A stretch of DNA of 64,000 nt from a virus. The stretch lies in the IMG/VR virus record IMGVR_UViG_3300031851_000004, positions 1-64,000 of that record. One strand, 5' to 3'. The translations under genes were made by a program, and so were the position numbers. Below, in pieces: positions 10,063-20,549 of the stretch. The stretch's first letter is position 1. The number at the start of each line of letters is the position of its first letter. The notes beneath the pieces were generated by a model. The model was not told the origin of the DNA, did not search any database, and saw nothing but the letters and a program-made list of their open reading frames with translations.

Positions 10063-10086
10063 TTTTAAACTTTATGTTTTTATAAT
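10059..10086 (+). promoter_or_regulatory. sigma70-like promoter, probably leaderless
   Basis: TTGATT-N16-TATAAT-N5-ATG. Confidence 0.55.
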
Positions 10087-10091
10087 ATATT

Positions 10092-10793
10092 ATGAGCAGT
10101 TTACCTGAAGAATTTTTTAGAAAAGGTTTTTGTCAGTTTGAATTGAAAGATTCTGATAATAAAAAAAGAATGCTTGACAAGGTTCAGCAGGCTAAAGATT
10201 CAAACTTTGAAGGGAGTGGTTTTGAATGGAAATCAAAATATCAAAACTCCGAAGATCTTAGACCAAGTGTCTTTGAATACGACAAATCTTTTGTCGATGT
10301 TCTTTTTGATAATGATATACCTCAAAAAGTTTACGAAGCATCGAACTACAAAAAAATGCACTTAAGTCATATTCAAATGAGAAGAGCATTCCCAGCAAGC
10401 TCATACATGGATTGGCATAGAGACAGTTACTATAGAAACGGTCAAAACATTGGTGCGATACCGCCTTCATTAAAATTAATTTATTATCCTTTATTTAAAG
10501 AGCCAGAGGCTTGCCTGCATGTTTTACCAGGGAGTCATATTCGTTTTTTTGAACACGAAGAAACAGACGCTAATATCAACCAGCAATTTGGTAAATTTAC
10601 AATTGATTCTTCTGATGATGTTATAACTCTTTTTGATGTCTCTATTTGGCATTCGGCTGTGAATGGAAACGATCCAGAGGGTAATGTGAGAATTATATAC
10701 GCATACTCTAACCCAGATCAGTATTCCGAAAACTGGAAAAAAAACCCAGTAAATAAATCTCTAAATGACTACTACGAAGAAAAGTTTAACTAG
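10092..10793 (+). CDS. 2OG-Fe(II) dioxygenase, PhyH-like
   Basis: WHRD...LHVLPGSH...WHS...R facial-triad pattern. Confidence 0.8.
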   Translation: MSSLPEEFFRKGFCQFELKDSDNKKRMLDKVQQAKDSNFEGSGFEWKSKYQNSEDLRPSVFEYDKSFVDVLFDNDIPQKVYEASNYKKMHLSHIQMRRAFPASSYMDWHRDSYYRNGQNIGAIPPSLKLIYYPLFKEPEACLHVLPGSHIRFFEHEETDANINQQFGKFTIDSSDDVITLFDVSIWHSAVNGNDPEGNVRIIYAYSNPDQYSENWKKNPVNKSLNDYYEEKFN

Positions 10794-11793
10794 AGTAGGT
10801 ATTATTGGTTTTGGTAAAAGAGTAAAAACTTTTTATTCAAACATATTAAAAAAACTTAATGATGAATTTTATTTAGCAGGGTTTACAAAAAAAACAGATA
10901 TTGATGCATCCTCTATTTCGGAAGAGCATGACTTACCTTACTACAACGATATAAAATCATTATTAAACCAAGAGCTTGACATAATAATAGTATCAGTTCC
11001 TGCTGAATCAATAAACCAAGTTTTAACTTCTATATCAAATTTTAAAGGAGTGGTATTAATTGATACCCCCATATCATTCAACACTGAAGAGTTTGGATTA
11101 AGATCCTTTGCTATAGAGCAATGGCCTTTTCTACCAATAGAACAATTTAAAAAACAATTAATCTCATCGAAAGTGTTTGGCGGTACTGTTTTTGCTGAGA
11201 ATGATACCAGAACCTTTGAGTATCATTCAATCTCTCAACTCAAAAGTTATTTCGATAAGTCTGAACAAATTTCTAACATCTCAAATTCTCCAAATATTAT
11301 AGGAGGAAAAGATTGTTGGTCAATAGGGACAGTGAATTTTGCTAGCGGAAAAGGTTTCCTCTATAAGTTTAGTTATTTTTCTAAAAAATCTAAATTCAGA
11401 CCACAGCAGATAAAAGTTTATTTAGAAAACGGAGGTATTATAACTGGGTGTTTTGAAGAGAAAGGCAACGACTACGAAATAATGAAAGCCTTTACTGAAT
11501 CTCAGAATTGTCCAATCTCAATAAAAAGATCAAGTCAAGAAATTTCAAATAAAGAAACTTCTTTTCATAGCGGTAATAATTTTTTTGAGCTGGATTACAT
11601 CTCTTGCGAAACTCCAGAAAAAACAATTAAGTGGGTAAATCGTTTCAAAGGTTTAGGTTTTAACGATCAAGAAATTTCTATAGCTAGTATTTTTACTGAA
11701 GCTCAAAGAGAACTTTCTAATAAAGATTCAAGTTTAATTTCAACAAAGTCTTCTTTTGAGGATTATTTTATTTCAAGGACTTTATCCCAATGA
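10765..11793 (+). CDS. Gfo/Idh/MocA-like NAD-binding oxidoreductase (divergent)
   Basis: RVGIIGFG, LDIIIVSVP and VLIDTP (a variant of the EKP motif). Confidence 0.65.
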   Translation: MTTTKKSLTRVGIIGFGKRVKTFYSNILKKLNDEFYLAGFTKKTDIDASSISEEHDLPYYNDIKSLLNQELDIIIVSVPAESINQVLTSISNFKGVVLIDTPISFNTEEFGLRSFAIEQWPFLPIEQFKKQLISSKVFGGTVFAENDTRTFEYHSISQLKSYFDKSEQISNISNSPNIIGGKDCWSIGTVNFASGKGFLYKFSYFSKKSKFRPQQIKVYLENGGIITGCFEEKGNDYEIMKAFTESQNCPISIKRSSQEISNKETSFHSGNNFFELDYISCETPEKTIKWVNRFKGLGFNDQEISIASIFTEAQRELSNKDSSLISTKSSFEDYFISRTLSQ

Positions 11794-12503
11794 ATTTAAA
11801 CATTAGCATAGATGATGTTTCGCCTCACCCGAAGTCATCAACTAAAGTGTTAGAGAGGTGTTTTTCTTTAATTCAAAAATTCGCAAATATAAAATTCACT
11901 CTTTTTGTACCTTTAGCTTATTGGAGGAGGAGGCCCTCCATAGCAACAGGCTCTCCTTTATATATTTCGGATTATCCTGAGTTTTGTAAAGAAATAAAAG
12001 ATCTACCTAAGAGTAATTTTGAAATAGGTTATCATTCCTATTATCATGGCGAATCAAAACAAAACGACAATGATGAATTTAAATCTTTATCATACGAAGA
12101 AGCTCTTGAAAGATTTAATTTAATGTTTAAGGAGGCTTCTAAAGCTGGGCTTAGAAAAGTTTTCTCCCCCCTGTTTCGTCCTCCCGCATGGAAAATAAGT
12201 GACGGCTCAGTAAAAGCAGCTCTAGATTCTGGAATAAAAACACTAGCTCTATTCTCGAAAGATCCATACTTACAAAAACAATTCTGCATACATTATCCCA
12301 ATATAGACAATGGTTTAAAAATTAATTACGCATCATCATTTCCTCCAATAAAAGAAATATTCCCTGAAGAGAATAATAATATAGTATATCATGCTTGTGA
12401 ATGGGATAAAAACTACTTTAGCGTTGAATTAGAAAATCAATTATCTACTTTTATAGAAACAAATATTTCTGATATAAAATTCAAATTCATTCATGAAAAG
12501 TAA
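11790..12503 (+). CDS. polysaccharide deacetylase (CE4/DUF2334-like)
   Basis: ISIDD, TLFV, EIGYHSYYH and FRPPAW motifs. Confidence 0.82.
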   Translation: MNLNISIDDVSPHPKSSTKVLERCFSLIQKFANIKFTLFVPLAYWRRRPSIATGSPLYISDYPEFCKEIKDLPKSNFEIGYHSYYHGESKQNDNDEFKSLSYEEALERFNLMFKEASKAGLRKVFSPLFRPPAWKISDGSVKAALDSGIKTLALFSKDPYLQKQFCIHYPNIDNGLKINYASSFPPIKEIFPEENNNIVYHACEWDKNYFSVELENQLSTFIETNISDIKFKFIHEK

Positions 12504-13530
12504 TAGGATATTAATTTTTGGGGGCAGCGGCTCTTTGGGGAGCTATTTAATCAATGACTATATTAAAGATAATGAGGTTTTTGTTTTTTCAAGAGATGAA
12601 GCCAAACACTGGGCTTTGAAAAATAAGTTCAAGTCAGGGTCTTTAAATTTTTTTATTGGAGACATCAGGGACTATACTAGGGTAAAAGAATCGATTGATA
12701 AACTCAAACCAGATATTGTAATAATAGCTTCTGCATTAAAGCATGTAGATGTTTGCGAAAACAGTCCAAGCGAAAGCATACAAACAAACATTATTGGCCC
12801 CAAAAATGTATCCGAAGCTTGCTTTGGTAATGATTTCATAAAGACAGTCCTAATGGTTTCCACCGATAAAGCTTGCTCTCCAATTAATACTTATGGCTTA
12901 TGCAAAGGTGTTGCAGAAAAATATGTTTTAGAAAAATCGAAATACAACACTTATACTAAATTTATAGCGGTTAGGTACGGAAATGTTCTAGAGTCTAGAG
13001 GTAGTATTATACCTTTGTTTCATTACCAAGGTATGTTTGGGGACGAAATAACAATAACTGATCCATCAATGACTAGATTCATAATGACTCTCCCTGACAG
13101 TGTTTCTTTGATTAATAGGGCTATAAAAGAAGCCTCTAGTGGAGAAATGTTTATACCTAAGATAAAGTCTATGCGAATAAAAGATATTGCATCAATTTTT
13201 TCTGACCTTTACAATAAACCAATAAAGGAGATAGGAATGCGTGTTGGGGAAAAAATACATGAAGCGTTAATTAATGAAACCGAATCTCTTAGATCAACAG
13301 AAACCGAAAAAGATTTTATAATTAAATCGATATTTGATAAAAAAATATATAATGAACAAGCTTTTGATTTTAATAGCGGAATAGAGAATTCAATTTTAGA
13401 TAAAGAAGAACTTCGATCTTACCTATCAAGATTAAATATGTTAGAAAAAAATATTGATAAATTTGAAGAGGCTGAAGGTGCAAAATATTCAGCAATTAGA
13501 AAAATAAATTTAAATAAGCATAATGATTAA
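12493..13530 (+). CDS. UDP-GlcNAc 4,6-dehydratase (CapD/PseB/CapE family)
   Basis: GGSGSLG, FSRDEAK, ALKHV, STDKA..PINTYG..K, RYGNV..SRGS, MTRF and GEKIHE motifs. Confidence 0.92.
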   Translation: MKSNRILIFGGSGSLGSYLINDYIKDNEVFVFSRDEAKHWALKNKFKSGSLNFFIGDIRDYTRVKESIDKLKPDIVIIASALKHVDVCENSPSESIQTNIIGPKNVSEACFGNDFIKTVLMVSTDKACSPINTYGLCKGVAEKYVLEKSKYNTYTKFIAVRYGNVLESRGSIIPLFHYQGMFGDEITITDPSMTRFIMTLPDSVSLINRAIKEASSGEMFIPKIKSMRIKDIASIFSDLYNKPIKEIGMRVGEKIHEALINETESLRSTETEKDFIIKSIFDKKIYNEQAFDFNSGIENSILDKEELRSYLSRLNMLEKNIDKFEEAEGAKYSAIRKINLNKHND

Positions 13531-14212
13531 CTGTGGTATACTTTGCGGAGGTCAATCATACTGGAATCCATACATAAATTGGATAAAGAAAGATTCCATT
13601 GACTCTAACTACACCCTGTGCGGTATATGGAATCCTCCTAGTGATGTTGGCTTGCTAGAAGAAAAACCCAGCAAACTTTTCGAAATTTCGGATGTGATTT
13701 TATCTTTTGGTTTTGACAAAATTATTTCCGAAAGCGATATATTAAAAGTCCCATTGGGAATAATAAATTTTCATAATTCTTATAGATTGAAACATAGAGG
13801 ATCCAACTGCTCTTCTTACCCTATATTAAATCAAGACGAAAAACATGGATCTTCAATGCATTTTATTAATAAAAAATTAGATGATGGAGCTATTATAGGT
13901 AGTGATTTTTTTGAAATAGAATGTAGTGATACAGCTGAAGATATTTTTTACAAAGCTCATGATCTAGGATTATCTCTACTTAAAAAAAATTTTAAAAAAA
14001 TAATAAACGGCTCTTACTTAAAACCAATACCCCCCTACAAAGAGAGCATCATGCATCGGAAAAAAGATTTAATTCACGAATTAAAATTTAAAGAATTAGA
14101 TGATGAAAAAAAATTCTTTAGAAAAGTTCGAGCTTTAACTTTCAAAGGAAAACCTTTGCCTTATATTAAAATGGGGAACCAAAAAATAGAATTTAAATTT
14201 TCTAAAATATGA
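13523..14212 (+). CDS. sugar-nucleotide N-formyltransferase
   Basis: INFH....HRG, GSSMH..KLDDG and VRALTF motifs (VioF/WlaRD-like fold). Confidence 0.85.
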   Translation: MINCGILCGGQSYWNPYINWIKKDSIDSNYTLCGIWNPPSDVGLLEEKPSKLFEISDVILSFGFDKIISESDILKVPLGIINFHNSYRLKHRGSNCSSYPILNQDEKHGSSMHFINKKLDDGAIIGSDFFEIECSDTAEDIFYKAHDLGLSLLKKNFKKIINGSYLKPIPPYKESIMHRKKDLIHELKFKELDDEKKFFRKVRALTFKGKPLPYIKMGNQKIEFKFSKI

Positions 14213-15375
14213 AATTTCCACTCTTTAAAGTCCATACCGATAAAACCTTAGCCCTAAAAAATCTAGAAGAAGTTCTAGATAGCGGATTTCTTAATGAAGG
14301 TGAATGGGTAATAGAGTTAGAAAATCAATTTAAAAAGTATTTTAATTTCAATAATCTACTTGCTGTTAATTCTTGCACATCAGCTCTAACGCTTGCTTTA
14401 AAAATTTCTGGAGTTCAAGAGGGTGACGATGTATTAACTACATCTATGACATGTGTTGCTACAAATATGCCCATATGCAACTTGGGGGCTAATCCTGTCT
14501 GGGTTGATATTGACAGAAATACAGGAAATATCGATTTTAAAAATTTAGAAAAATCAATAACAAAAAAAACAAAAGCTTTAGTTTGTGTTAATTGGGCTGG
14601 TTACCCATGTGATTTAATAGAGTTGGATAAATTTTGTAAAGATAATAATATAAAATTAATTCAGGATGCAGCTCATTCCTTTGGATCGACTTACAAAGAA
14701 AAACAATTATGCCATTACTCCGACTTTACATGCTATAGCTTACAAGCCATCAAACATATCACTAGTGGAGATGGTGGTTTATTAATGTGCAGAAATGATG
14801 AAGATTTCAAAAGAGCTAAGTCATTAAAGTGGTTTGGTATAGATAGAGAGTCATCTAAAGATGAAAAAGGTGAATGGAAAGGCCAGAGGTGGGAGACTGA
14901 CATCAAAGAACCTGGATATAAGTTTCACATGAATAATATTTCAGCAGCTATTGGTTTGTCTCAAATACCTCATTTAGAAATAATAATCAATTCTCATAGA
15001 AAAAATGCATTACTATATGAGAGATTTTTATCAGACAATGATCTCTTATCTTTTTTGTCTAAACCTGATGAATGTAACCCTAGCTATTGGGTCTTTACAA
15101 TATTATTAAATAATAAAATTAATAGAGACAATGTTCTTGAGTCTTTAAATGAAATTGGAATAGGGGCTGGTGTTGTACATATACCAAATCATAATTACAG
15201 TTGTTTTTCTGAAAACAGCAAGGATCTACCAGAAACAGATTATTTTAGTAGGCATCAAATTTCCCTTCCTTGTGGATGGTGGCTAACCACTGAAGATATA
15301 GACTTGATATCCAATCACCTTTTAGGTATATTGAAAAATGAATACAATAAATATTTTTTGGAAAAGATACTATGA
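14209..15375 (+). CDS. DegT/DnrJ/EryC1/StrS sugar aminotransferase
   Basis: NSCTSAL, QDAAH, SLQAIKHITSGDGG (PLP lysine) and ISLP motifs. Confidence 0.93.
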   Translation: MKFPLFKVHTDKTLALKNLEEVLDSGFLNEGEWVIELENQFKKYFNFNNLLAVNSCTSALTLALKISGVQEGDDVLTTSMTCVATNMPICNLGANPVWVDIDRNTGNIDFKNLEKSITKKTKALVCVNWAGYPCDLIELDKFCKDNNIKLIQDAAHSFGSTYKEKQLCHYSDFTCYSLQAIKHITSGDGGLLMCRNDEDFKRAKSLKWFGIDRESSKDEKGEWKGQRWETDIKEPGYKFHMNNISAAIGLSQIPHLEIIINSHRKNALLYERFLSDNDLLSFLSKPDECNPSYWVFTILLNNKINRDNVLESLNEIGIGAGVVHIPNHNYSCFSENSKDLPETDYFSRHQISLPCGWWLTTEDIDLISNHLLGILKNEYNKYFLEKIL

Positions 15376-16091
15376 TTAATTCTGAATATTTAATAAATCA
15401 TTATAGTAAACCGTACAATGTTTGGGTTATTGATGGTTTCTTAAAATCAGAAGTAAATGAATCAATTCTGAAAGATTGGCCTGATCCTAATTCAAGTGTT
15501 TGGCACGGAGGTCATAAGAATATAGGTGAAAAAGAAAATATTCTAGAAACAGGAATGATTGCGATTGATAAGAGAGAAGATATTCCTAACAGCTCTCTTC
15601 TTGTCTTGGATTATTTTCATTCAGAAAACTTTAAGAACATTATAGAGCAAATCACTAATATTCAAAACCTAATAATTGATGAAACGAGAAGGTGGGCAGG
15701 AGTGAGGTCTATGTTAAAAAACTCGAAACAAATGATACATAGCGACGCCGATATTCATCCAGAAAGCGGTCTTAAAAAGAAGTTGACTTTAATTTATTAT
15801 TTAAATAAAGATTATAACAGAGAAAGGGACGAAGGGTGTCTAGAAATATGGGACGATAATGTTTCGGAAAAAATTATAGAAATTGAACCTATAAATAACA
15901 GGTTATTAATCTTTGAGGATTCTTCGAAATCCTATCACGGAGTCCCTTTGGTCAAATCAGAAAGAAAATCTATTATATCAGCATTCCTCAAGAAAGAAGA
16001 AACTACAGATAGATCAAAAGCACTTTTTGTTTCTAGACCACAAGACTCAAAAAAGATTTCTGAATTAGGCTTAGCTAGAAGTAAAATATAA
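15372..16091 (+). CDS. 2OG-Fe(II) oxygenase
   Basis: HSD, LIYYLN, GCLEIW, NRLLIF and SYHG....RKS motifs. Confidence 0.85.
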   Translation: MINSEYLINHYSKPYNVWVIDGFLKSEVNESILKDWPDPNSSVWHGGHKNIGEKENILETGMIAIDKREDIPNSSLLVLDYFHSENFKNIIEQITNIQNLIIDETRRWAGVRSMLKNSKQMIHSDADIHPESGLKKKLTLIYYLNKDYNRERDEGCLEIWDDNVSEKIIEIEPINNRLLIFEDSSKSYHGVPLVKSERKSIISAFLKKEETTDRSKALFVSRPQDSKKISELGLARSKI

Positions 16092-16834
16092 TGATTGAGA
16101 ACGGAAGATATTACAATGATAGAGAAAAAATCTATCACGAAAAAAGAAAAGATTTTATATCTAAATATTCCCCTGAAGATATTGCTGAAAATCCAATGTT
16201 ATTTGCTTCGTATAATCAGATAACTGAGTTTTATACGACATTTAAAATATTCGAATTATGCAAGGATATTAGTGGAGATATAGTCGAATGTGGTGTTTTT
16301 TGCGGCAACAGCTTAATGCTGTACGCACATCTTTTAGAAAACTTACAACCTTATGTTTTAGATAAAAAAATTATAGGTTTTGATACTTTTGAAGGATTTG
16401 ATGATAGTTTTATAAACAAGGATAAAGATAAAGCTAGCCTTAACAAAATCACATCTTCTATGTTTAAAGACACTGATTACGAAAGGTTAAATCAATCTAT
16501 TAAAGTCCATGATTCCAGAAGAGCCTTGGGGCATATTGAAAAAATTAAATTGGTAAAAGGAGACGCATGTAAAACAATAAGAAAATATGTAGAAGAAAAT
16601 CAAGAATTAGTTATATCTCTTTTATATATAGATTTTGATTTGTATGAACCTACAAAAATTGCATTAGAATATTTATACCCTTGTGTCCCTAAAGGAGGTA
16701 TTGTAGTTTTTGATGAATTTAGTTATTCTAAATACCCAGGAGAGACAATAGCGGTTAAAGAAACCATAGGGTTAAACCATAGTTTTAAAAAAATACCAGG
16801 AGTTCCTTTTAAGTCTTATTTCATAAAAGAGTGA
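16091..16834 (+). CDS. TylF/MycF-family sugar O-methyltransferase
   Basis: GDIVECGV..G, GFDTFEGF, IDFDLYEPT and GGIVVFDE motifs. Confidence 0.9.
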   Translation: MIENGRYYNDREKIYHEKRKDFISKYSPEDIAENPMLFASYNQITEFYTTFKIFELCKDISGDIVECGVFCGNSLMLYAHLLENLQPYVLDKKIIGFDTFEGFDDSFINKDKDKASLNKITSSMFKDTDYERLNQSIKVHDSRRALGHIEKIKLVKGDACKTIRKYVEENQELVISLLYIDFDLYEPTKIALEYLYPCVPKGGIVVFDEFSYSKYPGETIAVKETIGLNHSFKKIPGVPFKSYFIKE

Positions 16835-16840
16835 TCGTTG

Positions 16841-17632
16841 ATGACTGACCTACAAATCGTAATTCCTTGTGGAGTAAACAGCTCTAAATATTTAGAGTTT
16901 TTAGTAGATAGCATCGTAAAAAACACACCGAAATTTAAACTTTTAATAGGTGTAAAAAACAAATGCCTTCCTAAGGCAACGATCAAATCGGTAGAAAGCA
17001 AGGTAAAAGATGTTGAGTTTATTGATGTCGATTGCAAGTTTGGAACTACGTCCGCTGGACATGGCTTTATGCTAGACACTTTATGCAAGAATCTCGAATG
17101 TGAATATACTTGTTTTTTTGATTGTGATACCGCTTTACTTCATCCCGACTGGTTTAATATTTTATCTAAAGAATTAAAAGGGGATAATATCTGTATAGGA
17201 TCAGAGTATGACGGTAAAAAATATTACAATTTTCCCAATGTTGTTTTTTGTTTACTTAAAACTAAAGAGTTTAAATCTTTAGGTATATCGTTTGCTCCAG
17301 GAGGGAATCATATTGTAACAGAAGAAGATTATAATATATTCGGAAGAAAAAAAGGTGACACAATTTTTTTAGATGTTGGATGGGAATTTCCATATAAAAC
17401 TTTAAAAGCTGGATACAACGGAATATCTCTCCCTTTAATTTCTCCACGGATTCCAGAAACCGTAAAAGATCTAAAATTCATGGAACCAGACATGAGGGGA
17501 GAAGAGCATCAATATAAATCAATACCCATAGTAACTCATGTTGGAAGGTCTTCATCGAGACAATTCGAAGATCCTATTGTTGCGAGATGGGTAAAAAGGG
17601 TAAATCAATGGGCAGATCAAATGAATACATAA
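16841..17632 (+). CDS. glycosyltransferase GT-A-like
   Basis: IVIPC, FFDCD and DVG..H motifs. Confidence 0.7.
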   Translation: MTDLQIVIPCGVNSSKYLEFLVDSIVKNTPKFKLLIGVKNKCLPKATIKSVESKVKDVEFIDVDCKFGTTSAGHGFMLDTLCKNLECEYTCFFDCDTALLHPDWFNILSKELKGDNICIGSEYDGKKYYNFPNVVFCLLKTKEFKSLGISFAPGGNHIVTEEDYNIFGRKKGDTIFLDVGWEFPYKTLKAGYNGISLPLISPRIPETVKDLKFMEPDMRGEEHQYKSIPIVTHVGRSSSRQFEDPIVARWVKRVNQWADQMNT

Positions 17633-18207
17633 TACCCTTCTATCATGAACACATAAAACCAGAAGGTAAAACTGCATTATTAGGTTTTTCTGAAAATTCT
17701 ATCTTCGAAGGGGATCTTTATGATTTATCTTTAGGTAACTGGAATATCAATGATGATTGGCATTTAAATAAAAAATACGATACCATTATATGTACAAGAT
17801 GTGCATATTTCGCAAAAGACCCGCAAGGTTTCATATTGAAATGCATGAATCATCTTGAAAAAAATGGAACACTTTATGTAGATTGGGGGTTAGGCGATCA
17901 TTGGAGATTTGAAAACTATAAGATAGGTTGGGTAAAAGATGGAGAGCACGAATATGCATATGCTAATGATAATTTTTTATGGTCTGCCGTGTGGAGCGAT
18001 AAATTTTTAAACGACGATCAATTTAAATTATTCGAAAAAAGGGTTCAAAAATTTGGATACAATAATGTAAAAGATGCAATCAAAAAAGAAGTTCCAAGTG
18101 TTTTAATGGTTAATTATATTGAAAAACAATATACTACGCGTTATTATAATATTTGTTTATGGGATGATCTTCCTCAATTGTATACATTACTGTCTTTAAC
18201 AAAATGA
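17608..18207 (+). CDS. divergent SAM-dependent methyltransferase-like protein
   Basis: KYDTIIC...YF..DP...LEKNGTLYV resembles methyltransferase motifs II-III; start uncertain (17587 or 17608). Confidence 0.5.
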   Translation: MGRSNEYIIPFYHEHIKPEGKTALLGFSENSIFEGDLYDLSLGNWNINDDWHLNKKYDTIICTRCAYFAKDPQGFILKCMNHLEKNGTLYVDWGLGDHWRFENYKIGWVKDGEHEYAYANDNFLWSAVWSDKFLNDDQFKLFEKRVQKFGYNNVKDAIKKEVPSVLMVNYIEKQYTTRYYNICLWDDLPQLYTLLSLTK

Positions 18208-19046
18208 AAATAACAACATATGTTACGGTAACCGATCCCATATCGATGGGGTTCCCTGTATTCGAAGCAGTTAAATCCTATTTAAGTTTTTCAGACGAAG
18301 TGTTACTTATCGTCGGGAGAGATACAGAAAATTTTTGCAAACAAGTAAGTGAAGTTTCCGATAAGGTTGTATGCCTTGAGACAAACCTTTGGCCCAAAGA
18401 CTGGAATTATAATCATATGACATATCATATGAATTTTGGTCTACAGAAAGCAGAAGGTGATATAATTGTCCACATGGGGGCGGATTGTATTTTTGCAGAT
18501 CAGCATGGTGGACAAATAAGGGATAAATTAATAGATATTTTGCATAACAAAAATTTTTGTCACTTTGATCGATTAAACTATTACCACGGATATGGCTATG
18601 GATTAAAATCTGGAATCACATTATTCGCTATAAACAAAAAAAGAATGCTAGACAATAGTACAAAGTTTGAAATAAGTGCTCCTAATGGCTCAAATGTTTT
18701 GCTTATTGATGGTGCAGAGCCAGCGCTAGAATCTGAAACTAGGATAAAGGAAGTCAATCTATTACCTAGAAATTTCGATGATACTTTTTGTAGCTTAGAT
18801 CAAGGTCTTAAAAAATGGTTTGCGTGGGGTGTGGCTCATGAAAAAACAAAAGGCATTCAAGTTGGGACTAAATCATGGTATTCAGATTTAGACATATCAG
18901 AAAGCAAATCTTATGAAGAGGTAAAAAATGATTGGTTATCCTATAAAGCCAGAAAAGCTTCTTCATGCACGAGTCAATACGAACACCCTGATATTGTTAA
19001 AGAAAAATTATTAATAGCTGATAAAAAATTTCATAATGGAATTTAA
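18204..19046 (+). CDS. glycosyltransferase GT2-like
   Basis: FPVFEAVKS..FSDEV and NFGLQKAEGD...GAD motifs. Confidence 0.65.
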   Translation: MKITTYVTVTDPISMGFPVFEAVKSYLSFSDEVLLIVGRDTENFCKQVSEVSDKVVCLETNLWPKDWNYNHMTYHMNFGLQKAEGDIIVHMGADCIFADQHGGQIRDKLIDILHNKNFCHFDRLNYYHGYGYGLKSGITLFAINKKRMLDNSTKFEISAPNGSNVLLIDGAEPALESETRIKEVNLLPRNFDDTFCSLDQGLKKWFAWGVAHEKTKGIQVGTKSWYSDLDISESKSYEEVKNDWLSYKARKASSCTSQYEHPDIVKEKLLIADKKFHNGI

Positions 19047-19848
19047 ACAGGATATTTTTCAATGCTATATATCCCCTACCTTGGGTTTTTTTAAAAATGA
19101 CTGGATGGCTAGATGGAACCTTTCTGATTATGTAGATCCTAATAAACCCTGTCTTTTCTTTGGTGTCTACAAACAATACGAGCTTGAATATTTATTAAAT
19201 CATAATTCTGAATCTGTAGTGGTTTGGGCTGGAGGTGATATTTGTGATGAGAATGAAGATGTTTATTTAGATAAAATAAAGAGGGCTTGCCTCAAGCCTA
19301 GTTGCTATCACTTTCCCCATTGGTTTTCTGAAATTTTTATTAACCTTGGGGCTAATGTAATTAAGCAGCCGATGGAAGCTAAAGATTATTCAATGTTCAA
19401 ATCGGTTCCTTTAGGTGATAAGATATATGTATACATGGGTTGTCAAGTTTACAGAAAAGAACAATTCAATTGGGAATCTGTAATAGTTCCAATTATTGAA
19501 CATTTTGGGAAAGACAAGGTTATTTTTACAAGAGAATCTTCTATAGAAGATCTCTACGAAAATTTTTATAAAAAAAGTTTTGTTTGCCTTAAACCTAACT
19601 GTGGTGGAGGTAATCAAAGCATGCTAGAATTAGCTCATATGGGGATAAAAACTATTACTCCAAAAAATCAGGGGCCAAGCTCTCTTGTATATAAAAACAT
19701 TGAGGACATTATATCTCTAATAAATCAAGAGTCGTCCAAAATAGGTTCTATTCAAAATAAATTAATCCAAGAAGTTAAAAAATATTGGATCAATGATTTT
19801 AGATGGTTAAACTTAGATTGGCTTAAATCAAACAAGATAAGTAAATGA
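19036..19848 (+). CDS. putative glycosyltransferase (GT-B-like)
   Basis: WAGGD and GGNQSMLELAHMGIKTI motifs; cluster context. Confidence 0.5.
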   Translation: MEFKQDIFQCYISPTLGFFKNDWMARWNLSDYVDPNKPCLFFGVYKQYELEYLLNHNSESVVVWAGGDICDENEDVYLDKIKRACLKPSCYHFPHWFSEIFINLGANVIKQPMEAKDYSMFKSVPLGDKIYVYMGCQVYRKEQFNWESVIVPIIEHFGKDKVIFTRESSIEDLYENFYKKSFVCLKPNCGGGNQSMLELAHMGIKTITPKNQGPSSLVYKNIEDIISLINQESSKIGSIQNKLIQEVKKYWINDFRWLNLDWLKSNKISK

Positions 19849-20549
19849 AAAGCATAATGATCAATCAATCTAACTATATTCCTTGGAAAGGATATATAGA
19901 TTCGATATCTTTAGTTGATGAATTTGTTGTTTATGATTGTGTCCAGTATACAAAAAATGATTGGCGAAATCGAAATAAAATAAAAACCCCCAAAGGTGTC
20001 GAATGGATTACAATTCCTGTTTCATCTAATTTTGGTCAGTCTATATCTGATGCTGTTGTCTCAACAAACAGGTGGAATATAAAGCATTTAAAAACTATTT
20101 CAGCTAATTATTCTAAAGCTGTTTTTTTTGACGAAGTTTATCCGATAGTTAAAAATTGGTATAATGAAATTGAAGGTGAAAATAATTTAAGCAAGATTAA
20201 TTTATTTTTTTTAAAAAAAATATTAGATTATTTGTTTATTAAAACTAGAATAATTCATCATGATGATATTATAATAGAAGGAGACAGGAACGAAAGGTTA
20301 TTGAATATATGCAAACAAAGAAATTGTACCGACTACTTTAGTGGCCCCGCTGCAAAATGCTATTTAGATGTAAAAAAATTAAATAATGAAAATATAAATG
20401 TTCATTGGTTTGATTTTTCTAATTATAAACAGTACAACCAATGCTGGGGAGGGTTTGATCATGCGGTATCTATTTTTGATATGTTTTTTAATTTAGGAAT
20501 TAAGGAAACAAAAAATTATTTAAAATATGGAAATCGAAAACAAAGTTAG
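19845..20549 (+). CDS. wbqC: WbqC family protein (proposed sugar glycyltransferase)
   Basis: QSNYIPWKGY, YDCVQYTKNDWRNRNKIKT, YFSGP and YNQ..GGF..SIFD motifs. Confidence 0.9.
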   Translation: MKSIMINQSNYIPWKGYIDSISLVDEFVVYDCVQYTKNDWRNRNKIKTPKGVEWITIPVSSNFGQSISDAVVSTNRWNIKHLKTISANYSKAVFFDEVYPIVKNWYNEIEGENNLSKINLFFLKKILDYLFIKTRIIHHDDIIIEGDRNERLLNICKQRNCTDYFSGPAAKCYLDVKKLNNENINVHWFDFSNYKQYNQCWGGFDHAVSIFDMFFNLGIKETKNYLKYGNRKQS

